Shown here in pieces: positions 21,846 through 31,612 of a DNA stretch of 64,000 nt. The stretch lies in assembly GCA_963793265.1 (NCBI GenBank), contig CAWBZI010000004.1:544001-608000 (forward strand). The letters run 5' to 3'. Numbering within the stretch: the stretch's first letter is position 1; every line of letters starts with the position of its first letter. The stretch comes from an uncultured cyanobacterium (GTDB taxonomy: Bacteria; Cyanobacteriota; Cyanobacteriia; Phormidesmidales; Phormidesmidaceae). The translations under genes were made by a program, and so were the position numbers. The notes beneath the pieces were generated by a model. It worked only from the letters and a program-made list of their open reading frames with translations, was not told the origin of the DNA and searched no databases.

Positions 21846-22059
21846 GTTTGTCTGCATCTAAGTCTTGCGTAAGACCAGCTTCATGTTCAGCCACCGCCTC
21901 AGCACCGAGCCTAGCTAGCAAATCTTGCGAGTTAGCAAACTGGGCATCCCACTTCTCTTCATCTTCTAGCTCTTCTAGAATTAGAGACGCGATCGCATTT
22001 TGCTTATCAGCATCAAAAGTCTGTAGTTGCTCAATCACACGTTCTAAAAGCTCGGTCAT
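21835..22059 (-). CDS. Cognate antitoxin (acidic, 74 aa)
   Basis: MTELLERVI...ILEELEDEEKWDAQFANSQD; directly upstream of and overlapping the toxin. Confidence 0.75.
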   Translation of the reverse strand: MTELLERVIEQLQTFDADKQNAIASLILEELEDEEKWDAQFANSQDLLARLGAEAVAEHEAGLTQDLDADKREV

Positions 22060-22100
22060 AAAGATTTGCCAGCTATAACAACATACTCACTATATATCTT

Positions 22101-22823
22101 ATGAATTGGAATGCCACTTGCTACCAAGACCAGTACAGCTACGTTTGGGAAAATGGAGAAAGCCTGTTGGCTCAGCTTAAGCCTCAGCCGGGCGAGCATA
22201 TTCTAGATTTGGGCTGTGGTACAGGGCAGCTAGCGCAGCAGATTGCGAAAAGTGGTGCAGAGGTGATTGGGATAGATAGCGATCGCGCCATGATCACCCA
22301 AGCGCAAGCCAACTACCCGCACATCACCTTCCAGGTCGCTGACGCTGCCGACTTCCATCTCCAAAGCCCAGTAGATGCCGTGTTTTCAAATGCTGCACTT
22401 CACTGGGTCACTCAAGCAGAAGCCGCTGCCGCCTGTATTGCTGAGTCTCTTAAACCCGGCGGACGCTTTGTTGCAGAGTTAGGTGGTAAAGGCAATGTGC
22501 AAACGATCATTACCGCATTAGAAAAAGTGACCGGCAAGACTGATCTCAACCCTTGGTACTTTCCCGGCTTAGGCGAGTATGTAAGACTGTTGGAGCAATC
22601 GGGACTAGAAGTTGTGTATGCGAATTTATTTGATAGGCCAACGCCGCTGAAAGCCGGTGTAGGTGGATGGTTAGAGATGTTTAGTCAACGCTTTTTTGCC
22701 GATCTTTCTAGCGAAGAATGGACGGCGATTGTAAGGGCAGTAGAAATAGAAGCTAGCGAACTGTATAAAGAGGGTACATGGGTCGCTGACTACAGACGGC
22801 TGAGAGTATTAGCCGTGAGATAA
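22101..22823 (+). CDS. Class I SAM-dependent methyltransferase (trans-aconitate MTase-like)
   Basis: ILDLGCGTG, DAVFSNAALHW, LKPGGRFVAE, ADYRRLR. Confidence 0.9.
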   Translation: MNWNATCYQDQYSYVWENGESLLAQLKPQPGEHILDLGCGTGQLAQQIAKSGAEVIGIDSDRAMITQAQANYPHITFQVADAADFHLQSPVDAVFSNAALHWVTQAEAAAACIAESLKPGGRFVAELGGKGNVQTIITALEKVTGKTDLNPWYFPGLGEYVRLLEQSGLEVVYANLFDRPTPLKAGVGGWLEMFSQRFFADLSSEEWTAIVRAVEIEASELYKEGTWVADYRRLRVLAVR

Positions 22824-22827
22824 GGCT

Positions 22828-24069
22828 TTAGTCGCTGCCTATGCTTTCAACCAAACTGCGATACAGCGTCGAAAACAGCAGTTCATCAATGCCTTGCTCG
22901 TTATTCCAGGTTGCTGTGACGCAGAATGAGTGACCCTGCTTGTCTGTTAGGTGAGTTGTAAAGTTCTCAACGCCTGGCTCTGAGCCGCCTTTGAAAGAAA
23001 CGTTTGCCCACTCACTCGGATCTATCAAACCTGGGTTGACGCTCATCAACGGTAGATCAGCAACAGATTCCATGGCGTCACATAGTTCATTTGCGGTGAA
23101 AAACCACTCTATATCAATTGCCTGAGGGCCGCTGTTAAAGATGCCGACGCTGGGTAGAGGCAGCGCTGCTAAGGCAGAAAGAAACGTGCGTTTTTCCCGA
23201 CTGCGCCGCCAGCGTCTCAGTACGCTAATGTTAGCAGGATCTTTAAGTACAAAGGCTTCTCGGGTCGTGAGAAAAGGTTGGTTTCGTTCTGAGAGAGCTT
23301 CTACGGCTTCGCGGCCAACAATATGCAGCAGGTGATCGGTTGCGGTGTTGTCGCTCTGCGAGATCATTAGCGTGGCTAAGCTTTCTATAGTTAGCCGAGA
23401 GCCTTCCGGCCAACTTTGCAAAAAGCCACTTGGCAGGCTTTTCCACTCGTCTCGAATCTCAACAACTTCGTCCCACTGATGCCGGTCAGCCGCGATTTGT
23501 TCGCGCAGTGCCTGCAAAATGATTAGCTTAAAAGTAGACCCGACAGCTAGCGCTTCATTGCTGTTTAATGCGGCAACTTCTTCTCCATCGCGAGTCGCCA
23601 ATACATGAATCTTTCCAGGCAATGCCTTGAGCGCCGCTAGCGCGTCTTCTAGAGAAACTGCACTCAACTGAGGTGTCTCAAACAGCAGTCCTGTAATTTG
23701 CCCCTGCGTATTAGCTGCTAAATGAGTGGCTACTGTACCGCGCTCAAAGGTCAGCACAAAGCCATTATCTACGTCTTCTATGCTCTGATAGGTGCCGATG
23801 CTGCCTTCTATTCCCTGAATGATTTGGGAGATTTCAGCAAGAGAAATTTGGGCTAAAAAGGAGTCTGCAAACCATACCGTTTGTAGCTCAGGTTCTGTGA
23901 AAAGCCGAGAGAGTACTTCTGTTGGTGGCACTGTTTTTGCCGGTGAGACTGTACGTTGAGCAATAATTTGGCCTTGGGACTGAGTGACAATGGGCTGAGC
24001 TAGCGCGATCGCCTCCCCGCCAGCGCCCCACAGCGCAAGAGCCAAACACAGTCCCAACAATAAGCGCAT
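22828..24069 (-). CDS. Secreted serine hydrolase, class A beta-lactamase-like fold with extra N-terminal domain
   Basis: Signal peptide; SxxK (GSTFK), SDN and KGG motifs. Confidence 0.85.
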   Translation of the reverse strand: MRLLLGLCLALALWGAGGEAIALAQPIVTQSQGQIIAQRTVSPAKTVPPTEVLSRLFTEPELQTVWFADSFLAQISLAEISQIIQGIEGSIGTYQSIEDVDNGFVLTFERGTVATHLAANTQGQITGLLFETPQLSAVSLEDALAALKALPGKIHVLATRDGEEVAALNSNEALAVGSTFKLIILQALREQIAADRHQWDEVVEIRDEWKSLPSGFLQSWPEGSRLTIESLATLMISQSDNTATDHLLHIVGREAVEALSERNQPFLTTREAFVLKDPANISVLRRWRRSREKRTFLSALAALPLPSVGIFNSGPQAIDIEWFFTANELCDAMESVADLPLMSVNPGLIDPSEWANVSFKGGSEPGVENFTTHLTDKQGHSFCVTATWNNEQGIDELLFSTLYRSLVESIGSD

Positions 24070-24138
24070 TACAACGTATAGATAAAGATTGATACCAGAA
24101 CAATCATAAGCTCACCCCGCCCAATAGGCGATCCGGTC

Positions 24139-24726
24139 TTATGCAAACACGCCGCCATAGGCTTTTTGAACTTCAGCGGTAAAAGCCAGCTCAGCCGCTT
24201 CTACACCTGCTAAGTTCCACATGCCTCGCCCGACCCGAGTAGTCGCCGCTGAAACTGTCGCGCCCGTGAGCCAGGTGAGCGTATCTACAAATTCCATTCC
24301 GGCTTGGCTTGCCCCTATGCGACAGCCATACAGCAAGAGCTTAGGATCTAATATTCTAGAGACAGCAGCAGGCGCAGCCGGATCGCTGATGAACCACGTT
24401 TGAAGCTGTTCTACATAGTGGCCCAGTGTTTTTAGGCTTAGCTCGCCGCTGGTGAAGCGTAGAATGCCGGGAGAACCCGGTGTGACGAGATGTAGGCTGC
24501 TGATTGGAATGCTTGATTGATAGAGGGCGGCTGTAATTTGAGCGATCGCATCTTTTTGCCCATCTAACGCCAGCACCTCAGCACCCGGCAATACGCCGGA
24601 TACCAAAAGATCGCGATCGCCCACGCTAGGATCAATCGCCACTAACATCCCCTTGCCACTCCTGTTGCTATGAGGAGATAAATTAATAGTCACAATGATT
24701 GAACCACGGTAGAGAGCGAAAGGCAT
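24139..24726 (-). CDS. Stand-alone DUF4347-like protein
   Basis: VAIDPSV...AIAQIT...LHLVTPGSPG...LLLYGC...LTGATVSA. Confidence 0.75.
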   Translation of the reverse strand: MPFALYRGSIIVTINLSPHSNRSGKGMLVAIDPSVGDRDLLVSGVLPGAEVLALDGQKDAIAQITAALYQSSIPISSLHLVTPGSPGILRFTSGELSLKTLGHYVEQLQTWFISDPAAPAAVSRILDPKLLLYGCRIGASQAGMEFVDTLTWLTGATVSAATTRVGRGMWNLAGVEAAELAFTAEVQKAYGGVFA

Positions 24727-24919
24727 TTCCAGAATTCCCCGGTAGCCAAACCTTTTAAGCGCGTAGAGCTACCGAATAATTGCTGTTTTTTTGTGACAAG
24801 ACTTTAAAGAACGGCCTGTTGATGGCCACCGCCACCACACCTATGACCGTAAGGCCAGCGGCACATACTGTAATGATTGACTACAATCAAGCCAGCAATT
24901 ATCTTTTCATTTTTATCGA

Positions 24920-26101
24920 ATGCTCTATCGCCGCTTTGGTCGCACTGAACTGCAAATGCCTGTGTTTTCTTGCGGAGGAATGCGCTATCAGCACTCATGG
25001 CAAGACGTTGACCCTCAAGACATTCCTCGCAAAAATCAGGAAAATTTAGAGGCGACGATTCACCGATCTTTAGAACTCGGTATCAATCATATTGAAACGG
25101 CCAGAGGCTACGGAACCTCTGAAATTCAGCTCGGTAAGGTGCTGCCGACGTTCGATCGCGACAAGCTCATCATTCAAACCAAAGTCTCGCCTAAAGCTAA
25201 TCCCAAAGACTTTCTCGAAACCGTAGAACAATCTCTTTCCAACCTCAACGTAGACTATATCGATCTGCTAGGCTTCCACGGCATTAACAACGAAAAGACG
25301 CTAGAGAATACCGTCCGACCGGGCGGCTGCATGGAAGTAGCTAAGCAGTTGCAGGCGCAGGGCAAAGTTCGCCATTTAGGATTTTCTACCCACGGGCCTA
25401 CCCAGATTATTGTCGATGCGATCGCAACTAATCTCTTCGACTATGTAAACGTCCACTGGTACTACATTTTTCAAGACAACTGGCGCGCCATTGAAGCGGC
25501 GACCGAGCGCGATATGGGTGTCTTTATTATCAGCCCTTCAGACAAAGGCGGTCATTTGTATGCGCCACCGCAACGGCTGGTTGAGCTGTGCAAGCCCTTG
25601 AGTCCGATGGTGTTTAACGATTTGTTTTGTCTGAGCTATCCTCAAGTGCATACGCTGAGCTTAGGCGCATCGCAGCCTTCTGATTTTGATGAGCATTTGA
25701 AAGTGCTGCCGCTGGTTGATCAGGCTGACGAAGTGCTCGCACCGATTTTGGAGCGATTGGAGGAAAGGGCGATCTCAACTTTGGGTGAAAACTGGTATCG
25801 CACCTGGCAAAAGGGACTGCCCGATATTCAAGCCACCCCAGGAAACGTCAATATCGCGATCGCCCTCTGGCTTGGCAACCTGGCCGAAGCGTTTGACATG
25901 ACCGAATACGCTCAGGCCCGCTACAACCTACTCGGCGGTGCAAGCCACTGGTTCCCCGGCAACCGCGCCGATAACCTCAGCAGTCTGGATCTCACTGAAA
26001 GCCTGCGCAACAGTCCTCACGCCACCGAAATTCCTCAGCGCCTCGCGAAGATCCATGAGATGCTAGGCGGCAAAGCAGTCAAGCGCCTATCACAGCAGTA
26101 A
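24920..26101 (+). CDS. Aldo/keto reductase family protein
   Basis: YRRFGRTEL, GINHIETARGYGTSE, QTK, YIDLLGFH, LGFSTHG. Confidence 0.92.
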   Translation: MLYRRFGRTELQMPVFSCGGMRYQHSWQDVDPQDIPRKNQENLEATIHRSLELGINHIETARGYGTSEIQLGKVLPTFDRDKLIIQTKVSPKANPKDFLETVEQSLSNLNVDYIDLLGFHGINNEKTLENTVRPGGCMEVAKQLQAQGKVRHLGFSTHGPTQIIVDAIATNLFDYVNVHWYYIFQDNWRAIEAATERDMGVFIISPSDKGGHLYAPPQRLVELCKPLSPMVFNDLFCLSYPQVHTLSLGASQPSDFDEHLKVLPLVDQADEVLAPILERLEERAISTLGENWYRTWQKGLPDIQATPGNVNIAIALWLGNLAEAFDMTEYAQARYNLLGGASHWFPGNRADNLSSLDLTESLRNSPHATEIPQRLAKIHEMLGGKAVKRLSQQ

Positions 26102-26122
26102 CCTCTCCCCACACATCCTCTC

Positions 26123-26947
26123 ATGGTTGCCCACGCCGCAAAATATCAGGGCCAAGCTGCCCTTTTGTCCAAAGAGCTACTCGCCTACTACCGTGAAGTT
26201 AGCCGCTCACCGCTCACCGTCGTAGACCTTGAAACCACCGGCTCGCTCGGTCATAACGCTCGTGCTATCGAAGTCTCTATCATCCACGCCAGCCTCGCAG
26301 ATGGCATCGAGCACCAGCGCACTCACCTGATCAATCCAAAGGTCAAGATTCCTGAGTTCATTACCAAAATCACTGGCATCACCCCGGAGATGGTGTATCC
26401 GTCGCCACCGCCTGAAGAAATTTGGCCGCTGTGTTTAGATGATTTGCAGGGGGGCGATCGCACGTTCACCGCCCACAACATAGATTTCGACTACGCCTTT
26501 GTCCGCTCCGAATACAAGCGCCTCGGCGTCCGCTTCTACAAGCCGCCTATGCAAAAGCTCTGTACCGTCATCCTCTCTAGAATGCTGCTGGCCGATCTGC
26601 CCTCCCGCAGACTCCCCGATCTCGTTAAACATTTCAACTTCGATATCAGCACCTCCCACCGCGCTGAAGCCGACACCAGGGCTTGCTGGCTACTGGCTGA
26701 ACTGCTGCTCACTCAAGTTCAAAACGAAGACGACGATACCTTAATCAAGCGCTTTGGGCAGCAGTGGATTCGACTGCGAGATGCGGCTAAAATCTTGAAC
26801 TGCCGTAAAGAAGAGGCTCAGATTAAGCTGGATGCGGCTCAAGTGGAAAGCCGCCTTTCGTTCAAGGGCAAGACACCTATGTATCGTCGCTGGGGTGTGG
26901 AGCAGTTTTACTATGAACATCAAGGACAGCAAATGTCACTTCTTTAG
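26123..26947 (+). CDS. DEDDh (DnaQ-like) 3'-5' exonuclease with C-terminal extension
   Basis: VVDLETTG, AHNIDFD, HRAEAD motifs. Confidence 0.9.
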   Translation: MVAHAAKYQGQAALLSKELLAYYREVSRSPLTVVDLETTGSLGHNARAIEVSIIHASLADGIEHQRTHLINPKVKIPEFITKITGITPEMVYPSPPPEEIWPLCLDDLQGGDRTFTAHNIDFDYAFVRSEYKRLGVRFYKPPMQKLCTVILSRMLLADLPSRRLPDLVKHFNFDISTSHRAEADTRACWLLAELLLTQVQNEDDDTLIKRFGQQWIRLRDAAKILNCRKEEAQIKLDAAQVESRLSFKGKTPMYRRWGVEQFYYEHQGQQMSLL

Positions 26948-27016
26948 ACCGCTCTTTGACTTATCTGCGATCGCCATTAACTGATAAGCTGTTACCAAAT
27001 TAGTCTATATGTACTA

Positions 27017-27511
27017 ATGACCAAGAACCTTATCGCTACCCAGTTCTCTATTAACGAGCTGACCGGACGCATTTTAGAGATGGCTCAGTCGGGCGTTTAC
27101 CGGGAGTCGCTGTTTGAAACGTTTCGCCCAATGGCGACTAAAAAGCAGGTGCGCGCGTCGATTGCGATCGCCAAACAGTTTGGCCTGCACTCTGATCCTT
27201 CACTTCGCGACTCAGAACTCGGCACCTATTACCAAGTCGATCCGGCGAAGGTTGCATCTTTTCAGTCCGCTATTCAAAGCTCAGTGATGCTAAGCGTGGG
27301 TGACGATATGGCGCAGCGCCTTCAGATTGCAACGCGGACGGTGAAGCTAATGCTGGTGGTGTCAGGGATGAGTGCGATCGCACTTCTACTAATAGGCGCA
27401 AGCTATGTCCTTGCCGGACAGTCAGAAGCCGCTGCCGTTTGGTGGACAAGCGCCCTATGTGCGGGTGGAATTTGGCTATGGCAAAAGAGTGTCGCTAAGC
27501 CGCTGCTGTGA
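27017..27511 (+). CDS. Hypothetical protein with two C-terminal TM helices
   Basis: 164-aa ORF, co-oriented with the upstream genes; hydrophobic C-terminus. Confidence 0.75.
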   Translation: MTKNLIATQFSINELTGRILEMAQSGVYRESLFETFRPMATKKQVRASIAIAKQFGLHSDPSLRDSELGTYYQVDPAKVASFQSAIQSSVMLSVGDDMAQRLQIATRTVKLMLVVSGMSAIALLLIGASYVLAGQSEAAAVWWTSALCAGGIWLWQKSVAKPLL

Positions 27512-27517
27512 GGATCG

Positions 27518-27590
27518 CTGCAATCCTACTCACTGCAATCCTACTCACTGCAATCCTACTCACTGCAATCCTACTCACTGCGATCCTACA
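27518..27590. repeat. Tandem 15-bp repeat (CTGCAATCCTACTCA) x4 plus a partial copy
   Basis: Read directly; fills the gap between two convergent stop codons. Confidence 0.95.
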
Positions 27591-27921
27591 TAGATTTCAT
27601 GCCCCAAAAGCTCACCCACACAACGGCGTGCCATTTGGGCACTTCATCGCGTTCAGCAATGCGCCCAGCCTGCTTATCTACTTTAGAAATCGCATCGGCG
27701 CTACAGCAGTCTTCTAAAATAATAGTCTCCACTGAAAACAGCGACTGACCGTAGGGAATAACATCGCCAACTCTCGGCATCGTCGAACTACGAAGGTACC
27801 AGTTAAGCTGACCCGCGGGCGCTTGGCGAGCTGTCTCTTGGCCCTGGTCGGGAAAGTAAAGCACCTTACAAAGGTATGGAAATCGCCTTTCTAAGGCGGC
27901 TGATCTTGTAGTGTTTCTCAT
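27586..27921 (-). CDS. Hypothetical protein
   Basis: 111-aa ATG ORF filling the gap; AT-rich divergent promoter region upstream. Confidence 0.6.
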   Translation of the reverse strand: MRNTTRSAALERRFPYLCKVLYFPDQGQETARQAPAGQLNWYLRSSTMPRVGDVIPYGQSLFSVETIILEDCCSADAISKVDKQAGRIAERDEVPKWHAVVWVSFWGMKSM

Positions 27922-28090
27922 AATTCATTGTGCAAGCGGCAACATAGCTGCGTAAATACGCTTAGGCTAGCTATACGAAATTCATAATGTTTTACCGGCA
28001 AAGTTAAGGGTTTTGTAAATATAGTACGGAGTGTCTATTTAACGTGAAGCTCTTTCATCTACGCCAAATTTACGCCGTCTGAATGCGCCT

Positions 28091-29020
28091 ATGTTTCTCC
28101 TTCTACAAGAGGCGGCTAACTCCTCCGTTAAACTCAGCGATCCGGTGATTAGAATCAATTTGATTCGCTCGGCTGTTGGCCTAGCCATCATCATTGCGCT
28201 GCGTATCGGCATCACGCGAATTATCAACAATCAGATCAAGAACCCCCGGCTGCGCTACTCGTGGCGTAAGTGGCTAGGCTATTTGTGCTACAGCTTCTAC
28301 GGCTTTGCGGTGACGGTGCTGTGGCTGCCCTCTTTTGATGGACTGCCTACTTTTTTAGGTCTATTTGCCGCTGGTTTGGCCGTTGTCTTACGAGATCCGC
28401 TGGTTAATGTTGTCGGCTGGCTGTTTATTTTGTGGCGACAGCCGTTTCGGATGGGCGATCGCATTCAGCTTGGCACCCACTCTGGCGATGTGATCAATAT
28501 CGGTCTATTTCAGTTCACGCTGATGGAGATTGGGAACTGGGTAGATACCGATCAGAGCACAGGGCGGATTATTCATTTGCCTAACGGCCAGATCTTCCAG
28601 AATGCGATCGCTAACTATTCTCAAGGCTTCAAATATATCTGGCACGAAATCCCGGTGCTTATCACCTTTGAAAGCGACTGGGAGGCGGCCAAAGCCATTC
28701 TGTTTACTCAGGTCAACACCCATGCCGCGCACCTCAGCGGCACTGCCGAAGAGCATCTGCGCAAAGCCGATCATAAATACATGATCTTTTACTCCAAGCT
28801 CACGCCGACGGTCTATACCACTGTTAAAGAGAGCGGCATTTTACTGACTATGCGCTACCTGTGCGAACCCCGACGGCGACGGGGGTCAGAGCAAGTCTTA
28901 TGGGAGAACGTCTTGCGGGAGTTTGCCAAAAATCCTGATATTTCGCTGGCCTATCCCACTCAGCGCTTTTTTACAACGGCTGTAGATGTGAACGCGCCCG
29001 CTACACCGAAGACGAGATAG
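28091..29020 (+). CDS. Small-conductance mechanosensitive channel (MscS family)
   Basis: Three TMs, PFRMGDRIQLG...GDV, IHLPNGQI, LAYPTQ. Confidence 0.92.
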   Translation: MFLLLQEAANSSVKLSDPVIRINLIRSAVGLAIIIALRIGITRIINNQIKNPRLRYSWRKWLGYLCYSFYGFAVTVLWLPSFDGLPTFLGLFAAGLAVVLRDPLVNVVGWLFILWRQPFRMGDRIQLGTHSGDVINIGLFQFTLMEIGNWVDTDQSTGRIIHLPNGQIFQNAIANYSQGFKYIWHEIPVLITFESDWEAAKAILFTQVNTHAAHLSGTAEEHLRKADHKYMIFYSKLTPTVYTTVKESGILLTMRYLCEPRRRRGSEQVLWENVLREFAKNPDISLAYPTQRFFTTAVDVNAPATPKTR

Positions 29021-29059
29021 TGAAATAATAAAGTGGTGTGTGAGTAGGATCTAAAAATT

Positions 29060-29959
29060 ATGATAGCGATAGTGTTAAGCCGATTAATACCTAGAGTGGC
29101 GATGACTGCCGCAATAGTGTCAGTTGTTGCCTGTACAAACAAGCTCAAAGACTATACGCAGGTAACAATGCAAGCTAGCCCCTTAGAAGGCGGGCCCCAG
29201 TTGAGTGCAGAAGATCTAGATCAAACAAAGACAATTTTGGAAACGCGATTGGCTGGGCTAGGCGTTGAGCTAGCAGAAGTCGAGACAGTTGAGGCTGATC
29301 AGATTGTTGTGCGACTGCCGCTTGCGGTGAATGCTCAAGCTGCTATCGACGTGCTGACAAATACTGGACAGCTCTATTTACGCAACCAAAAACCTGATAC
29401 CGAAGCAGAACTGGCAAGCAATATTGCTGATTTGCAGCGGCTACTCATAGAACAAAATACGCTGGCGCAAACCGGTAAGCAGACTGAAGCCGATGCTTTG
29501 CAAACGCAGATAGACGAAACTAGAAGGGCAATCTCAGATCTATTTGAGCCCGCTACGATTACAGGCGATCAGCTCTACGATGCCAGGCTACAGCGATCGG
29601 CCCAAAGTAATGATGTTTGGGAGGTGAATATTCAGTTCGATGAAGAGGGCGCTGATAGGTTTGCAGAACAATCGAAGCTAATGGCAGGTACGGGCCGCAG
29701 CATTGGTCTATTTCTAGACGATGTGTTGCTCAGCACCCCCTTGGTAGACGTTGCCTATGCGAAGAATGGTATTACCGGGGGTACGGCGCTCGTCTCTGGA
29801 AACTTTACGAAAGATGCCGCGCAAGATTTGCAGGTGCAGCTAAAAAGTGGAGCCCTGCCTGTGATGCTTGAGGCGGTTGAGCTAATCTCAACCTCAGAAG
29901 GCTCGGAGGGCTCAGGGGGTGGTGAGCCCTCCGAGCCTTCTGAGCCCTCTGAGGAATAA
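29060..29959 (+). CDS. Lipoprotein made of SecD-like periplasmic (P1) domains only
   Basis: Lipobox VVAC; ILETRLAGLGV..QIVVRLP, ITGDQL, VNIQFDEEGADRF, IGLFLDD, ITGG...SGNFT, LKSGALP; no downstream TM bundle. Confidence 0.8.
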   Translation: MIAIVLSRLIPRVAMTAAIVSVVACTNKLKDYTQVTMQASPLEGGPQLSAEDLDQTKTILETRLAGLGVELAEVETVEADQIVVRLPLAVNAQAAIDVLTNTGQLYLRNQKPDTEAELASNIADLQRLLIEQNTLAQTGKQTEADALQTQIDETRRAISDLFEPATITGDQLYDARLQRSAQSNDVWEVNIQFDEEGADRFAEQSKLMAGTGRSIGLFLDDVLLSTPLVDVAYAKNGITGGTALVSGNFTKDAAQDLQVQLKSGALPVMLEAVELISTSEGSEGSGGGEPSEPSEPSEE

Positions 29960-29996
29960 GCCTGATTGAGTCAGGTGGCTTGAGCCGAAAATTGAC

Positions 29997-30788
29997 TTAA
30001 GTGGAAATTGTTGAAACTGAGCCACCGTCTACTCGCCAGTTAGAGCCCACTACGTAGCTCGCCTGCTCTGAGCACAAAAAGGTGATTACGGCGGCAACTT
30101 CTTCAACTCTGCCGCGCCGACCCACTTCAATGCCTGGGCGATTTTCGGCCAAGAAGCTTTTGACGGCTTCGTCCATAGAGACGCCTCTTTCTTCGGAACG
30201 CGATCGCATCATCGCATTGGTCATTGCCGTCTCTACAAACGCAGGCGACACCATGTTTGTAAGTACGCCGTCCTGAGCATAGGCCTTAGAAAGATTCTTG
30301 GTCAGATTCAGCGTGCCAGCCTTGCAGGAACAGTAGGGCATATCTTCGATGTATGGCTGCACTGCATCTTCAGACCCCAACAGTACAATTCGGCCCCATC
30401 CGGCTTTTCTCATCGCTGGAATAAACGCGCGACACACGCGCACCGTGCCCATCAGGTTCACGTTAATCGTGTCCATCCAGCCTTTGTCATCAATCTCCAA
30501 AAAGTCACCCACTGCGCCTGTGATACCCGCTGAGTGCACCAAAATTTCAGCCGCGCCAAAGTGTTCTGTAATCTTATCTCTAGCGGCTTCTACCTGTTCT
30601 ACGCTCGTAATATCTGCCTTTACTGGAAACGGATCGCCAAAGGCTTTTAAGTCGTCAATTTCATCAAAAGAGCGATTTAAAATGGCTACTTTGGCCCCTT
30701 CTTTTAGCAAAATTTCAGCCGTCGCTTTACCAATCCCAGAGTCGCCACCGGTCACGACTGCGACCTTACCTGCCAAACCTAAATCCAT
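29997..30788 (-). CDS. Short-chain dehydrogenase/reductase
   Basis: TGGDSGIG, YxxxK (YCSCK), NMVSPA, VDGG. Confidence 0.93.
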   Translation of the reverse strand: MDLGLAGKVAVVTGGDSGIGKATAEILLKEGAKVAILNRSFDEIDDLKAFGDPFPVKADITSVEQVEAARDKITEHFGAAEILVHSAGITGAVGDFLEIDDKGWMDTINVNLMGTVRVCRAFIPAMRKAGWGRIVLLGSEDAVQPYIEDMPYCSCKAGTLNLTKNLSKAYAQDGVLTNMVSPAFVETAMTNAMMRSRSEERGVSMDEAVKSFLAENRPGIEVGRRGRVEEVAAVITFLCSEQASYVVGSNWRVDGGSVSTIST

Positions 30789-31131
30789 AAAAACTGGTTC
30801 CCCAAAAATAACAAGTCAGTAGCAAGTGTTCAAACCATGATGTTAAACACAGTATTTAAGTCTACATCGCAGCCTTTCTCTTACATCTCTCGGCCATAAA
30901 CGAAAACAACTAAGCAATAATGGATACTTATCTTAAGTTTGAAGCTTGTGTTGAGGTTTGAAACTCAACTAGAAACATATGAGACATCCTCTTTTTCAAT
31001 ACCGCTGATGCTATCACTAGAGCCGATGCTGTAGGCTACTCAGGCATTCTATCCAACCCTCGAAGCGCGCTCATCAGGATTTAACAAAGATCACCCCAAA
31101 AAGAGCCATAAGAAAGAGCCCCTAAAAGACT

Positions 31132-31518
31132 ATGCCAAAGTGGAAACTATCGACAGAATTTACGTTTGACGCCGCGCACTTTATTCGCGACTATGACGGT
31201 CCCTGCGGACGAATGCACGGTCATACCTATCGCGTCAGAGTGGAGGCCACCGCCGATCGGCTTCAGGCTTCAGAATATTGCCCGCATCCATCGATGGTGG
31301 CAGATTTTAGAACGTTGCGCTGGGCTAAAAGAGATTCTTTAAAAGGTGGACTAGACCACTGCGTACTCAACGAGGTGATGCCGCCTGAGTACGAAACCAC
31401 GGCTGAAATGATTGCTCAGTATATTCATGAAAAAACGTGCAAAATGCTACCTGAGCACATCAAGCTGAAGGTTGCAGTTTCGGAGACGCCTGATTCTTGG
31501 GCTGAGTACGAACTGTAG
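31132..31518 (+). CDS. queD: 6-carboxytetrahydropterin synthase
   Basis: FDAAH, CGRMHGHTY, LDH, TTAE, VSETP. Confidence 0.9.
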   Translation: MPKWKLSTEFTFDAAHFIRDYDGPCGRMHGHTYRVRVEATADRLQASEYCPHPSMVADFRTLRWAKRDSLKGGLDHCVLNEVMPPEYETTAEMIAQYIHEKTCKMLPEHIKLKVAVSETPDSWAEYEL

Positions 31519-31612
31519 ATTAAGCATAAAATGTAAGAAAGTAAGCTGCATTCAGACGTATGCGGCGAGGAGTTGGGCTGTAGGATGAAGGAGGTGTATC
31601 AATTAATTCCCT

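Noticed and set aside
27518..27590. Possible CRISPR array
   Set aside because: Head-to-tail 15-bp units with no spacers and no cas genes; the same applies to 41395-41446.
27405..27717. ORFs reading (AILLT)n or (CNPTH)n
   Set aside because: Translations of the tandem repeat that overlap better-supported genes.
30349..30822. 157-aa antisense ORF over the SDR gene, and similar shadow ORFs over thrS, gcvP and ppx
   Set aside because: Fully antisense to well-supported genes and without recognisable motifs.
30789..31131. preQ1 riboswitch upstream of queD
   Set aside because: I could not find the conserved stem-loop plus A-rich tail; an Infernal scan would settle it.
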